This document shows, one piece after another, positions 30,001 through 39,705 of a DNA stretch of 64,000 nucleotides; the stretch's first letter is position 1, and every line of letters starts with the position of its first letter. Position numbers and translations under genes: made by a program. The DNA comes from Candidatus Helarchaeota archaeon (GTDB lineage Archaea; Asgardarchaeota; Lokiarchaeia; Helarchaeales; RDOG01): contig JAHPZH010000008.1 in NCBI GenBank assembly GCA_019058315.1, positions 64,001 through 128,000 on the forward strand. The letters are read 5' to 3'. A model generated the notes under the pieces. It was not told the origin of the DNA. It ran no database searches and saw only the letters and a program-made list of their open reading frames with translations.

Positions 30001-32935
30001 CCCACCTTGTTCGGATACAGCAATTTGGAGGAATAGCAATATTACTCCAGGGATGCCAATTCTTGAGCTTATACTTAATCCTGACAATCTTTTAGTTGAC
30101 AAACAATCCTCATTGGAGCAAAGTATGGATCTTACTTTAATAGTCTCATGGCCGTATGACAGTACTTGGGAAGGCACATTAATGAGCTCACAGATTTTTG
30201 ATTTTATTATTGAACTAAATGGTAATAAAATCTGGCAATGGAGTGATGATTATTTATTCCTTCAATGGATCACAACAATCACAATCCCACCTTATGGTTC
30301 AAGAGTCTATACCGTGACTTGGGATTTTTTGCCTGATGAAATCGAGTATGAAGGGATTTATACGGCTCGAGCATTTTTTATTGCTTCTGGACAGGAAATA
30401 TCTAAAGATTTTGAGATAAAATTCACACCAAATATTCCACCACCTACATATCCGCAATTAGAAAATTTAACAGAAAGTGCAGATCCATTAGAATTAGGAC
30501 AAACGGAAACAATTCAAATTGATGCTTTCGATATAGATGGTATTTCAATGGTATGTATTGGATTGGATTCAGGAAATTATACAATGAATAATATTGGAGG
30601 TAATAAATATGAATTTAGCTGGGTTCCTACGGATATTGGAGTAAAACCATATTCAATTTATGCAGTGGATACTCAAGGCTATTGGAGCTGCTTATATGAT
30701 TCTATTACTGTTCAAGACACAACATTTACTGGCACTATAGAATTAGATCAAGGGGAATATTATGGAACAGCTGCAACACCTATAATAACATTGACTGATT
30801 CGGAGCTTGATACGACTTCTAGTGCTGATTTAGTTAATGTACACGTGACATCTAATAGCGATTCAAGTGGGATTATGGTAATTTGCACAGAAACAGGGAT
30901 AAATACCGGAATATTTACTGGAACTTTTTCATTCAGCACAATCTCTAGTAATGATCTTTCAGATATAATTTTAGCATATAACAATGATATTATAACAGTA
31001 AGTTATTGTAATGCTTCTGATAATGCAACTTGGATTCAAACCCATACTGCTGAAATGCCAAAACCACCCATGGAAGATCATTTTTACGGTCTAACTCAAT
31101 ATAATGTAATAATTATTGATGATGAAGATATGGATTTTACTCCAGGACCTTATAATGATCAAATAAAAGGTTTAATAATTAGTAGTAGTGATCTTACTGG
31201 TTTTACAGCTGATTTTATTGAAATGGGTACGCCAGGTGTATTTGGTTTCGTATTTGGATTCACATTTGGATCCACAAATGATAGATTTCTCCATGTTGAA
31301 GATGGAGATACAATTGAAATTATATATTTCGATCAGCATAACGATCAAGGCTATAGCGATTATTTAAGAGAATCGGCCATTTGGCATAGAACATATAATG
31401 GCTCACTTTCAATTAATACAACCCTAATAATTGGTTATAACTCAGTTTTAGAAATAACAGTTAGTGATAAAGATTTAGATATAGACAATCTTAATCCTGA
31501 TTATTATCCCGCACCATTTAGCCCTGTTGAAGTTCAAACAAAGGATAATTTTACTAATTATATTAGAATCGCTCTAACTGAGACAGGACTATCTACTGGA
31601 ATATTTAAGGGATTTTTATATCTAGGTGCTGGACCTACAAATATTTTAAATCAAACATTAAACGTTTTAGATAATGAAAATATAGTGATTAGATATTCCG
31701 AAGCACACAATATTTATGGTGATCCTGAATTACATGAAGAATTAGTTCGATTTTTAGTATGTCACAATGCAATTATTAACACTGATAGAGATATTTATTA
31801 TGGGGATTTTATTAACGTTATTGTAACCGTTAGAGATGAAGACTTAAATTTAGACTCTAATTTGCAAGAGTGCATTACAATAAATGCATCAAACGGTCCT
31901 AATAATATGATTAATGTTGAACTCCATGAACAAGGTATTGATAGTGATTTTTTTATTGGTATTTTTACATTAGTTACTAATTCTACTAGCGATGTAGACG
32001 ATTTATTGCATGTTAATGATGGAGATGTTATAATAATTTCGTGTTTGGATGAAATGGATAGATTTGGTGATACTGTAATAAGATCTATTAATATAACTTG
32101 GTATTTTACACTTGATGATCTAAGGCCATTGATAATCTTAAATACTCCTCAAAATCAAACCATAATAAAAAAGCCAGCATATCTTAATTTAACAGTAATA
32201 GATGATCATCTAATTTCTTCCTCGGTAAATTGGAGGGCAAATGTAAACCAAACCTACTGGACAAATTCATTTATTGGTTCATATGATATTGATTTATCCA
32301 GTTTTGTAACTGACCAGACAGTACAATTTTGGGTTAGAGCCAGAGATACTTTTGATAATCAGAATGAAATAACAATAATTTTGACTTTTGATGATACTCC
32401 TCCAACAAAGCCATCTTCACCGGAATTCCTCATTCAAACAGGCAATCTTACTCTCTCATGGAATTCTTCTTTGGATAATAATTCAATTTATTACCAAGTT
32501 TGGCGAAATGGACATTACTTAGGAAATACCACTTCTATTTTTTATACGGATTCTGAATGTTTAGCACCAGGAACTTACATATACGAAATAATTCCATTTG
32601 ATGAAGCAAATAATGAAGGTGAATCTCTAATTATTGAAATAATAATTCCAAAACCAAGAAATCCAAAGTCATCTAGACTATTTCCTATACAAAACGGTAA
32701 TAATTTCTTCATTTTTTTAATAGTCATTGGTCTAGTATCTGCCATAGTCAGCAGTATAAGTATTATTAAAAAAAGAAATAAAAAAACTACCTCAAAGGGT
32801 AATCAAGATTCTAGAAATAGAAGAATACAACATTCTGAAAAATCAGATATTGAAGAATTATTGAAAATAGAAAAAAAAGAGAAAAAAGAATTAAAAAAAT
32901 TCTCGAAATTATTTAAAAATACCTTTAAACTTTAA
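27089..32935 (+). CDS. giant cell-surface protein: signal peptide, unique N-domain, 7 Ig-like ETGxNTGIF repeats, BsuPI-like insert, FN3-like domain, C-terminal TM anchor
   Basis: Repeats of GTIELD..YYG...D.DL...TETG.NTGIF.G...DGD.I.V.Y; many NxS/T sequons; LTLSWN...YQVWRNG...YIYEI; TM plus basic tail. Confidence 0.88.
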   Translation: MKNNKYKKLILISSLIILIFIPIINSYIYNSLGWENIKNYQSGKKDLDIFHNHGIEGNSELWNYTTADSVIFNEPNLTRVGYPLIIRMIDNPYVYNALQGLNESFIRILYYNVSNQWVEVPFQIDEKGWPLIWADGDYNIGTYDPVLRIKHTYVSKNGTYNYEPSNGNDTQVPYAIDYDDEICFYVENGQWVSNQTWWNHENFPYRLAVNITDPVDGGQSFMYIYYNNHTPQVSPEYESYVNWDSETLTITTQIYQKRFKNDDPDIMNLLRILAPGSDGKNIIEEMDNSFAGIHVRVVGPLGINFYGDMDWMTHGSWNETYYDDSACGIDNPNEETEQLAQPDPGNIPSWNEWDTQGDHLAVVNGPIRVILLKQRYTHGMVSLGGLAGNQHIYTYDLLSHIFYNNMEQDDKGSMKIIVPTAPVGTAYIDNTCLIIETIGFNVSLREDFANVLGGNPGGYPGYNETEDWNPDYPNNVTDSQKYLYFNGNDIDDDLKNGGDPTTDPPTPPPIDNEGLSDWTITCSETHGGMWMYIPRKEFLTAIEPYRAGGAREYMYYQDDVSSSEIGYGVFNLNAQQGDIIATDPYYIRYVYGIFDNVSNVERAKLEYRRYKTDLSNPDVSPICYQEQTCIQNHTGTIELDAETYYGTAAVAEITLIDQDLDTTDNVNTAYVNVTSSRDQWGIRVFLTETGPNTGIFKGIVMFSTTGSDDPSDIIWVKDGDTIIVRYDDEHTMTGDPASLTDTAIWIGTYTGTIELNKAEYIDDEIPIVTIIDPDLNQNPNIKETVSISVISDSDPIGISVILTETEKNNGGFEGYFSFNRFLSNDTLDQIYIFDEDNVIVTYYDQHSLTGAQLNITDTATWHATHSGTIELDKEIYYGTGAVAMVTINDTDLNTNINLKETVSLRVWSDTVLSYLEPGIFVNCLETGITTGIFIGYFTFSTVESDDILDKIWVDDGDTIYVGMDNYLCVYPPPCSDTAIWRNSNITPGMPILELILNPDNLLVDKQSSLEQSMDLTLIVSWPYDSTWEGTLMSSQIFDFIIELNGNKIWQWSDDYLFLQWITTITIPPYGSRVYTVTWDFLPDEIEYEGIYTARAFFIASGQEISKDFEIKFTPNIPPPTYPQLENLTESADPLELGQTETIQIDAFDIDGISMVCIGLDSGNYTMNNIGGNKYEFSWVPTDIGVKPYSIYAVDTQGYWSCLYDSITVQDTTFTGTIELDQGEYYGTAATPIITLTDSELDTTSSADLVNVHVTSNSDSSGIMVICTETGINTGIFTGTFSFSTISSNDLSDIILAYNNDIITVSYCNASDNATWIQTHTAEMPKPPMEDHFYGLTQYNVIIIDDEDMDFTPGPYNDQIKGLIISSSDLTGFTADFIEMGTPGVFGFVFGFTFGSTNDRFLHVEDGDTIEIIYFDQHNDQGYSDYLRESAIWHRTYNGSLSINTTLIIGYNSVLEITVSDKDLDIDNLNPDYYPAPFSPVEVQTKDNFTNYIRIALTETGLSTGIFKGFLYLGAGPTNILNQTLNVLDNENIVIRYSEAHNIYGDPELHEELVRFLVCHNAIINTDRDIYYGDFINVIVTVRDEDLNLDSNLQECITINASNGPNNMINVELHEQGIDSDFFIGIFTLVTNSTSDVDDLLHVNDGDVIIISCLDEMDRFGDTVIRSINITWYFTLDDLRPLIILNTPQNQTIIKKPAYLNLTVIDDHLISSSVNWRANVNQTYWTNSFIGSYDIDLSSFVTDQTVQFWVRARDTFDNQNEITIILTFDDTPPTKPSSPEFLIQTGNLTLSWNSSLDNNSIYYQVWRNGHYLGNTTSIFYTDSECLAPGTYIYEIIPFDEANNEGESLIIEIIIPKPRNPKSSRLFPIQNGNNFFIFLIVIGLVSAIVSSISIIKKRNKKTTSKGNQDSRNRRIQHSEKSDIEELLKIEKKEKKELKKFSKLFKNTFKL

Positions 32936-33164
32936 TTTTTTTCCTAATTTAAAATTTCAGTAGTACCATCTAATTTATTATAAATTTTTTTTTAATATTA
33001 AATAAGAGAGGGAGTCCATTCTTTTATTAAAAAGAAATTTAGGTTACCAAAAATAAATATTCAAGATATTTGGACAATATTTTTAATACTAATTTGAATA
33101 TTTTAATCCATAGGTTAGAATTTTTCACTATATTCATTTATAATCGAACTAGAGAGGAAATGTA

Positions 33165-34256
33165 ATGGTTGATGAGCTAGAAATTTATCGTGAATTACAA
33201 GAATATCTTGATAAACTTCCAGTCGGATTTCCTAGAACAGTATCTGGTGTTGAAATTCGAATCCTTAAATATATATTTAATCCATTGGAAGCAAGAATAG
33301 CTTTAAAGCTAACCGCTATTCCAAACACACTGGAAAATATTTTTAAAAAGGTCAAGCATCTTAAGGAAGTGACTAGTATTAAAAAATTAGAATTAATACT
33401 AAATAAAATGGTAGAAAAACGTATTATTTTTCATGTAATTAGGGATAAAATTAGCTATTATGCCATTATGATGTATGTGATTGGTTTCTTTGAGGCACAA
33501 GTAAATCAACTTACACCTGATTTCATGAAGGATGTGAAGCTATATCAAGAAGAGGCGTTTGGAGAAGAATACCACAGAGTAAAGTTTCCACAAATGCGAA
33601 CTATTCCAATTGAATCAAGTATTACACCTGAACTAACCGTTGGTGATCAAGATAATATTATAAAACTCGTGGAAATGAGCAATGGACCATTCGCCGCAAT
33701 GAACTGTATATGTAAACAAGGGATGGCTCTTTTAGGAAAAGAATGTAAACAGGTTAAGGATATTGAAACATGTTTGTTATTTGGTATTCCTGCACAAATT
33801 TGGAGTGAAGATAAAATTGCTAGACGTATCTCAAAAAAGGAAATGATAAATAAAATCAAAACTGCAGGCGAATCAGGATTAGTTCTTCAACCCATTAATT
33901 TCCAAGGAGTTCATGCGATTTGTTGTTGTTGTGGGTGTTGTTGTCTTATTCTAACTTCAGCGAAAAAATTTCAACGACCTGCAGAATTATTTGCATCGAA
34001 CTATCATGCTGTAAAAAACGAAGAATTATGCATAGACTGTCAAACTTGTTTAAAAAGATGTCAAATGGATGCGATACACATCATAGATGAAAAACCCATT
34101 ATAAATTTGGATCGTTGTATTGGTTGTGGTCTTTGTGTTTCAACTTGTCCTCAAAACGCCATCCATCTACAAAAAAAAGAGATTATAATTCACCCTCCAA
34201 AAGATGCTTCTGAGCTCTATCAACAAATATTAAAGAGAAAAAAAGATTCGAATTAA
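33165..34256 (+). CDS. 4Fe-4S ferredoxin-domain protein
   Basis: CIDCQTCLKRC and CIGCGLCVSTCP; CICK and CCCCGCCC clusters. Confidence 0.88.
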   Translation: MVDELEIYRELQEYLDKLPVGFPRTVSGVEIRILKYIFNPLEARIALKLTAIPNTLENIFKKVKHLKEVTSIKKLELILNKMVEKRIIFHVIRDKISYYAIMMYVIGFFEAQVNQLTPDFMKDVKLYQEEAFGEEYHRVKFPQMRTIPIESSITPELTVGDQDNIIKLVEMSNGPFAAMNCICKQGMALLGKECKQVKDIETCLLFGIPAQIWSEDKIARRISKKEMINKIKTAGESGLVLQPINFQGVHAICCCCGCCCLILTSAKKFQRPAELFASNYHAVKNEELCIDCQTCLKRCQMDAIHIIDEKPIINLDRCIGCGLCVSTCPQNAIHLQKKEIIIHPPKDASELYQQILKRKKDSN

Positions 34257-34304
34257 ATTAACATCATAATTCATTGGACTATGAATTTGTAATGAATATT
34301 AGAT

Positions 34305-34691
34305 TTAATATGATAATCTTCTACCATAATCATAGAAAATTAATACCGCAAGAGCATCCATGAATACTCCACCTAAGGCAGCTAAAACAGGCATTGCTAC
34401 AAACCAAGAAGGCATAACGCCAAACACATATAATAAATGGGTGATTGCTCCACCTCCAAACATAACCATGGCTATCCATTTCAATATTTGTTGAATTTTT
34501 TCCTTCGGCACTATATAAGCTATAGATAATACTCCTAACAAAATGGCCATTGGTGCTACGAGCCAAAAAACTTCTTCTCGAATAGGTAAAAATGAAATAA
34601 TTAATGGTGCAAAGATATGGAACCCACCGAAAATAAGGATGAAACACATTTCAACAGTTTTCAAAGTATGTTGTAATTTGTTTGAATCCAT
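34305..34691 (-). CDS. small 4-TM membrane protein
   Basis: Four hydrophobic helices, two with intramembrane His. Confidence 0.7.
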   Translation of the reverse strand: MDSNKLQHTLKTVEMCFILIFGGFHIFAPLIISFLPIREEVFWLVAPMAILLGVLSIAYIVPKEKIQQILKWIAMVMFGGGAITHLLYVFGVMPSWFVAMPVLAALGGVFMDALAVLIFYDYGRRLSY

Positions 34692-34803
34692 ATTTTCATG
34701 TTATGAAATTTAAAATATTTAAATTTTATATTATTCTATCAATTTTTTGGAAAATGAAAATCATTATAAAAATGGAATTAAAAGTTTTAGGAGCATTTAA
34801 TAA

Positions 34804-35565
34804 ATGGAAATAAAAATAGAATCAAATTCAGCTATTATTATCAAAGATCTCATAAAAAAGTTTGATGATGTTACTGCTGTGAATGGATTGAATCTAAATA
34901 TAGAAAAAGGTGAGCTTTTCAGCTTATTAGGACCTAATGGAGCAGGCAAGACTACAATAATAAACATTCTAAGTGGGATTATAGAACCAACTAGGGGAAC
35001 TGCTATTATTAGGGGATATGATATAAAGAGAAATTTAAAACGGATTAAAGAGTTAATCGGTGTGTGTCCACAAAAATCTGCAGTTTTTAAATTTCTAAAT
35101 GGTAGAGAAAATATTGAACTTTTCGGAAATCTGCATACAATTCCAAAAGAGGAATTAAAGAAGCGAATTGATAAATTTTTAAATATACTAGATTTATCAG
35201 AAGCAAGTAACAGAAAAACGGGGGGTTATAGTGGTGGAATGCTTCGTAAATTAAATTTAATAATAGCTTTAATTAATGATCCAGAAATTGCATTCCTTGA
35301 TGAACCAACAGTGGGAATGGATCCTCGAGCTCGTCGTGCAACTTGGGAATTCATAGGATCTCTAAAAAATCAAAATAGAACGATTATTCTAACAACTCAT
35401 TATATTGAAGAAGCGGAAGCCCTTAGCGATAGAGTAGGAGTCATAGATTATGGAGAATTGATAGAACTAGGAAGCCCCAAAGAATTAATGACTAAGTATA
35501 AAGTTAAAAATTTAGAAGAAGTTTTCATGAAAATAACTGGTAGAAGAATATTGGAGGGTATGTAA
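34804..35565 (+). CDS. ABC-2 (DrrA-like) exporter ATP-binding subunit
   Basis: GPNGAGKT, YSGGM, FLDEPT and TTH motifs. Confidence 0.95.
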   Translation: MEIKIESNSAIIIKDLIKKFDDVTAVNGLNLNIEKGELFSLLGPNGAGKTTIINILSGIIEPTRGTAIIRGYDIKRNLKRIKELIGVCPQKSAVFKFLNGRENIELFGNLHTIPKEELKKRIDKFLNILDLSEASNRKTGGYSGGMLRKLNLIIALINDPEIAFLDEPTVGMDPRARRATWEFIGSLKNQNRTIILTTHYIEEAEALSDRVGVIDYGELIELGSPKELMTKYKVKNLEEVFMKITGRRILEGM

Positions 35566-35566
35566 A

Positions 35567-36457
35567 ATGAATTTACAGAGAATTAGAGTTCTTATAATAA
35601 TGCAGCTTAAAAAATTGATAAGAGAACCTGCGATTTTATTTATGATTCTAATATTTCCTGCGGTCCTTACATTAACATTTGGAATAAGTTTCCCAAGTAT
35701 AATTAACACGTTATCATTTGGTTTTAGTTTTCCTGATGCAGTCCCCACGTTAACTTTAGGAATAACTTTTGCTACTTCTATTCGTGAAATTCCCACATTA
35801 ACTTTAGGAATAAGTATTCCAACTGAAGTAATCACATTAACATTTGGAACGGAAGCTGCAGCGGATTTTAATGCAATGGTTCCTGGATTATTCGTTTTTG
35901 CTAGTATTTTTATGATAATGACAGTGGCTATGTCTTTTTCTACAGACCGGCAAGAAGGACTATTAAAAAGATTAAATACAACCCCAATGACATCTGGTGA
36001 ATTCATGGGAAGTCATGTCATATCAAAAATGTTAACGGCTATTTTACAGACGATAATAATTTTTATATTAGCTCTTCTTGTAGGTTTTAGACCGGATACA
36101 GAAATTAGTGGAATATTATTGGCATTTGGTATAATGGCATTATTTTCACTTAGTTCTGTTGGATTAGGACTTATTACAGCAACAATTTCAAAAACTCCTG
36201 AAACTGCTGTTGGAATTTCATTTGTATTCATTATTCCTCAGATGTTTTTTGGAACAATTATACCATTAAGCGAATCTACTGGACTAATAGCACAAATACT
36301 CCCAAGTTTTTATGCAACTGATGCTTTAAAATCAATTTTCGGAGGTGCCTTGTTGACAAATGTAAATATTTTGCTAGATCTTACTTTTATTGCAATAGTA
36401 AGCGTTGTGATAATAATCGTTGGTATACAATTATTTGAAAAATACGGAAAAGCCTAA
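35567..36457 (+). CDS. ABC-2 exporter permease
   Basis: DRQEGLLKRLNTTP motif; multi-TM; directly follows the ATPase. Confidence 0.9.
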   Translation: MNLQRIRVLIIMQLKKLIREPAILFMILIFPAVLTLTFGISFPSIINTLSFGFSFPDAVPTLTLGITFATSIREIPTLTLGISIPTEVITLTFGTEAAADFNAMVPGLFVFASIFMIMTVAMSFSTDRQEGLLKRLNTTPMTSGEFMGSHVISKMLTAILQTIIIFILALLVGFRPDTEISGILLAFGIMALFSLSSVGLGLITATISKTPETAVGISFVFIIPQMFFGTIIPLSESTGLIAQILPSFYATDALKSIFGGALLTNVNILLDLTFIAIVSVVIIIVGIQLFEKYGKA

Positions 36458-36479
36458 TTGAGATTTTCTTTTAATCTAA

Positions 36480-38501
36480 TTATACAAGGGTATTATTTAT
36501 TTCATCGCCCAATTTATTTATTATTTTTAAAGATTCCCTTCTTAGTTCATAACTTCTTTTTACTTTTTTAACGATTTTATCCTGTATTTCTTTTTTAGGG
36601 ATTAATATTAAAATTCTCTTTAAATCTGTATCAGAAACTGCAGGAATTGCTGCGCCTGTTCGATGTTGGTACATTTGCATCAAGAACTCCTTTGATCTAA
36701 TATAATATAATAAATAAAAAGGATCTAAATTTTGCTCCTCCTTTTTTATTCTTAAAACTCTCAGACCATTAGTACAAATGCAACCATCATACTCTCTGGA
36801 TATATATGCTGATGCGTGTTTCATAGTACCCGTTGAAACACCGGCAATCGCCGTAATAACGTCCCCTTCCTTAACTTCATAGCTTGCTCTACTGGGAGCT
36901 TCATATACATTCATTTCATTATATGAAATTAATTCACTCAAAATAGGGTTTATATCGCTTATTTCTATATATTTTATCTTAGCTGCTGGATTTTTTAAAA
37001 CCTCTGCTTTTTTTGATGTAATATTCACAACTTTTTCTAATGGTACTGCCCCTGCCCTTAATAATTTATCTCTCAACTCTTTATACATAGGTTGATAGAA
37101 TTTAGGATCAAATCTTTCTAGAATTTCATTAAAATTTCTTGAAAATATATTATTTGAATTAATAATTTTTTTATTTTCTCTAAAATCGTTATAAGCTTTT
37201 GTTATTTTGGTAATATCTTCATTAATTAGTGGCATTCCTTTCTTATCTTTAAAAATTTCTCCTCTTTTATTTCTTTTATAGACTACTTTTCCAACTTTTG
37301 TTCCTTCATATCCAATATTTTCAACAATTCCAAAAAAAATTTGATAATTTTTTTGTATTTCTTCTTTAATTTGGTATGGAGATAATTTTTGTAAAAATAA
37401 GATAGAAGCACTTATACCTGTACCAAAAGGAATGAATGTTTCTTGGGGTAATTTAATAATAGCTAATATTTTTGCTTTATTTTTAATGAAATTTCTGATA
37501 TATTCTTGACTCGGATTCTCAAGGATCCCATCCGGCAGAACAATTGCCATTCGCCCTCCATTTTTTAAAAATTTTAGACATTTCTCGATAAAAAGTACTT
37601 CAGGTGCTTTTCCACTAATAATTTCACCTTTTTTCCATTTTCCTTCTTTTTGACGCCATTTATAAGCTAATTCAAAACCTTCTAGTATTTTTTTGTCTGT
37701 AATTTTACCCCTAGAACCAAATGGGGGATTTGTCATTAAAACATCAAAGGACTCCAACTTACTTTGGGATAATAAACTATTAGCAGTAAAAATGTGGTTA
37801 TGATTTGCATCATTTAATATCATTTGCATCTTAGCAACTTTAATTAAATCTGGATTAATATCCATACCCCATATCTGAAATCCTGCTGGTTGCTGGATAT
37901 CTTTATTTATTAATTTCATAGATTCAATCAAAAACCCCCCCGAGCCACAAGCAGGATCAATTATTTTCTCATTTTCTTTTGGATCAATAATTTTCAATAT
38001 CAAATTTATAACAGGATAAGGTGTAAAAAATTCTCCTCTTGCACCACGTAGATTGGCGTAGATAAAGGTTTGAAATGCAGTTCCTTTAACATCTACTGGA
38101 GTTTTAATTAAACTATAGTTTTGGAGTTGATCAACCACAAATCCGAGAGTTAATGGTTTTAAATTGATAATTTCATTTGGATCTTGAAAAATATCTGAAA
38201 ATTGAGATTTAATTTTTTCAAATAATTCAGATATTCTTGCAATAAATTGAGATTTCTTTCTTACTCTTAATTCTTCAAATTCTTTATCCTTAATATAGAA
38301 GTTAGTATAGTTTTGATTGCTTTTTTCATCAGCCATTTTAATAAAAATTAATTTTAAGATTTCATTAAATATCTTTTCTTTTAAAAGCCCTTCATTAGCA
38401 TAAATATAATTATGACATTTTTCAAAAACAGATTTTAACTCATTTACTGTTGCGGGCTTTAGATCTCTCTTCAAATAACTATTATTTTTAATTTCTGTCA
38501 T
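36480..38501 (-). CDS. N6-adenine DNA methyltransferase (HsdM-like) fused to a single HsdS-type TRD
   Basis: GEFFTP, DPACGSGGF, NPPFG, IVLPDGIL; C-terminal APSRA...GDV...TGAAIPAV...IP..EIQ. Confidence 0.88.
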   Translation of the reverse strand: MTEIKNNSYLKRDLKPATVNELKSVFEKCHNYIYANEGLLKEKIFNEILKLIFIKMADEKSNQNYTNFYIKDKEFEELRVRKKSQFIARISELFEKIKSQFSDIFQDPNEIINLKPLTLGFVVDQLQNYSLIKTPVDVKGTAFQTFIYANLRGARGEFFTPYPVINLILKIIDPKENEKIIDPACGSGGFLIESMKLINKDIQQPAGFQIWGMDINPDLIKVAKMQMILNDANHNHIFTANSLLSQSKLESFDVLMTNPPFGSRGKITDKKILEGFELAYKWRQKEGKWKKGEIISGKAPEVLFIEKCLKFLKNGGRMAIVLPDGILENPSQEYIRNFIKNKAKILAIIKLPQETFIPFGTGISASILFLQKLSPYQIKEEIQKNYQIFFGIVENIGYEGTKVGKVVYKRNKRGEIFKDKKGMPLINEDITKITKAYNDFRENKKIINSNNIFSRNFNEILERFDPKFYQPMYKELRDKLLRAGAVPLEKVVNITSKKAEVLKNPAAKIKYIEISDINPILSELISYNEMNVYEAPSRASYEVKEGDVITAIAGVSTGTMKHASAYISREYDGCICTNGLRVLRIKKEEQNLDPFYLLYYIRSKEFLMQMYQHRTGAAIPAVSDTDLKRILILIPKKEIQDKIVKKVKRSYELRRESLKIINKLGDEINNTLV

Positions 38502-38529
38502 TTTCCCCTCTTTAATATGATTTTATTAA

Positions 38530-39600
38530 TTAATATTTTTTAACTCCTTCATCAATATCTACAATATAAGCTTTGCTATTACAACGATGATTAATTACAT
38601 TTGCAATTTTCTTTTGATTATCGGGACAAAATATTACTACACACCCACCATTGCCGCTACCAACAATTTTCCCAGCCAAAGCTCCAGCATTTTTTGTTTC
38701 ATGGATTATTTTTTCAATTTTCGGAGTTGAATTTTCAAGTCCATCACGCATAGCTTTATGATGAATATCAATTAATTCAGCAATTCTTGCAATATCTGGA
38801 TTATTTTTAGAAAGTTCTTCTCTAGCCATTGTTACAACATCACGAACTTGAAGTAAAGCCCATAATCTTTTTGATGGATTTCCGGGTAAATGATTTAGAA
38901 ATTTCTCAACTTTTGATATAGGCGTTTTTTTTAAATCAAAATCAGGAATATGATCTTTCATAAGTCTTATTCCCTCATCAAATTCTGCTCTTCTTAAATT
39001 GTGTGTCTGTAATGTTTTTTTCTTTTCACATGTGTCTCCAATTACAAAGCAATTTTTAATGGATTCTAAATCAATTTTTTCTATATTAGGAGGGGTCACA
39101 CATTCCATAAACATACCATAACCTAGAGCGGATGCAAAATGATCCATATTTCCTCCTTTTTCATTAAATTCCACTACTTCAGCTTGATATGCGAGATCTG
39201 CAATTTTCTCTGGGTTAAATTTTAGATTAAATAATTCACTCAGAAATTTTATCCATGCAACTACCAATACAGAAGAGCTACTTAATCCTGCACCAATAGG
39301 AAGCTTACTCCAGATTTTACAACTTAGACCTTTTGATATTTCAAAGCCTTTTCTCTTAAGAATATTAAAACCTGATCTCAAATAATCTCGTTTCTTTCTA
39401 TAATTTGGAAATTCATGACATAAAAAATCATCCTTTTGCTTAATATCTAGTAAATCTATTGAAATTTTATCTATATTTGAATAATTTCCTTCAATATAAG
39501 TCCGAAGATTAATAGCTGCAGTAATCACAGACAGACCCATATAGTCTTGATCCTCTCCAAATAAACAAATTCTCCCTGGTGCAGAAACTTTGATTGTCAT
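38530..39600 (-). CDS. GHMP-family sugar kinase (galactokinase-like)
   Basis: APGRICLFGEDQDY, PIGAGLSSS, GNMD and GSGNGG motifs. Confidence 0.88.
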   Translation of the reverse strand: MTIKVSAPGRICLFGEDQDYMGLSVITAAINLRTYIEGNYSNIDKISIDLLDIKQKDDFLCHEFPNYRKKRDYLRSGFNILKRKGFEISKGLSCKIWSKLPIGAGLSSSSVLVVAWIKFLSELFNLKFNPEKIADLAYQAEVVEFNEKGGNMDHFASALGYGMFMECVTPPNIEKIDLESIKNCFVIGDTCEKKKTLQTHNLRRAEFDEGIRLMKDHIPDFDLKKTPISKVEKFLNHLPGNPSKRLWALLQVRDVVTMAREELSKNNPDIARIAELIDIHHKAMRDGLENSTPKIEKIIHETKNAGALAGKIVGSGNGGCVVIFCPDNQKKIANVINHRCNSKAYIVDIDEGVKKY

Positions 39601-39705
39601 TTCTGATTTTCCTTTATCGATGAGAAATTCATATCTATATTTTTAACTTTTCAATAATTATCATTAATGAATTCAAATTTTTATTTCTTATTATCAAACT
39701 ACTTA

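Noticed and set aside
28980-32110. Repeats as a CRISPR array or DGR target
   Set aside because: Degenerate in-frame protein repeats of about 350 bp; no spacers, RT or adenine-specific variation noticed.
34330-34647. Alternate-frame 105-aa ORF, and the other short antisense ORFs inside long genes
   Set aside because: Fully nested in better-supported CDSs with no independent motifs.
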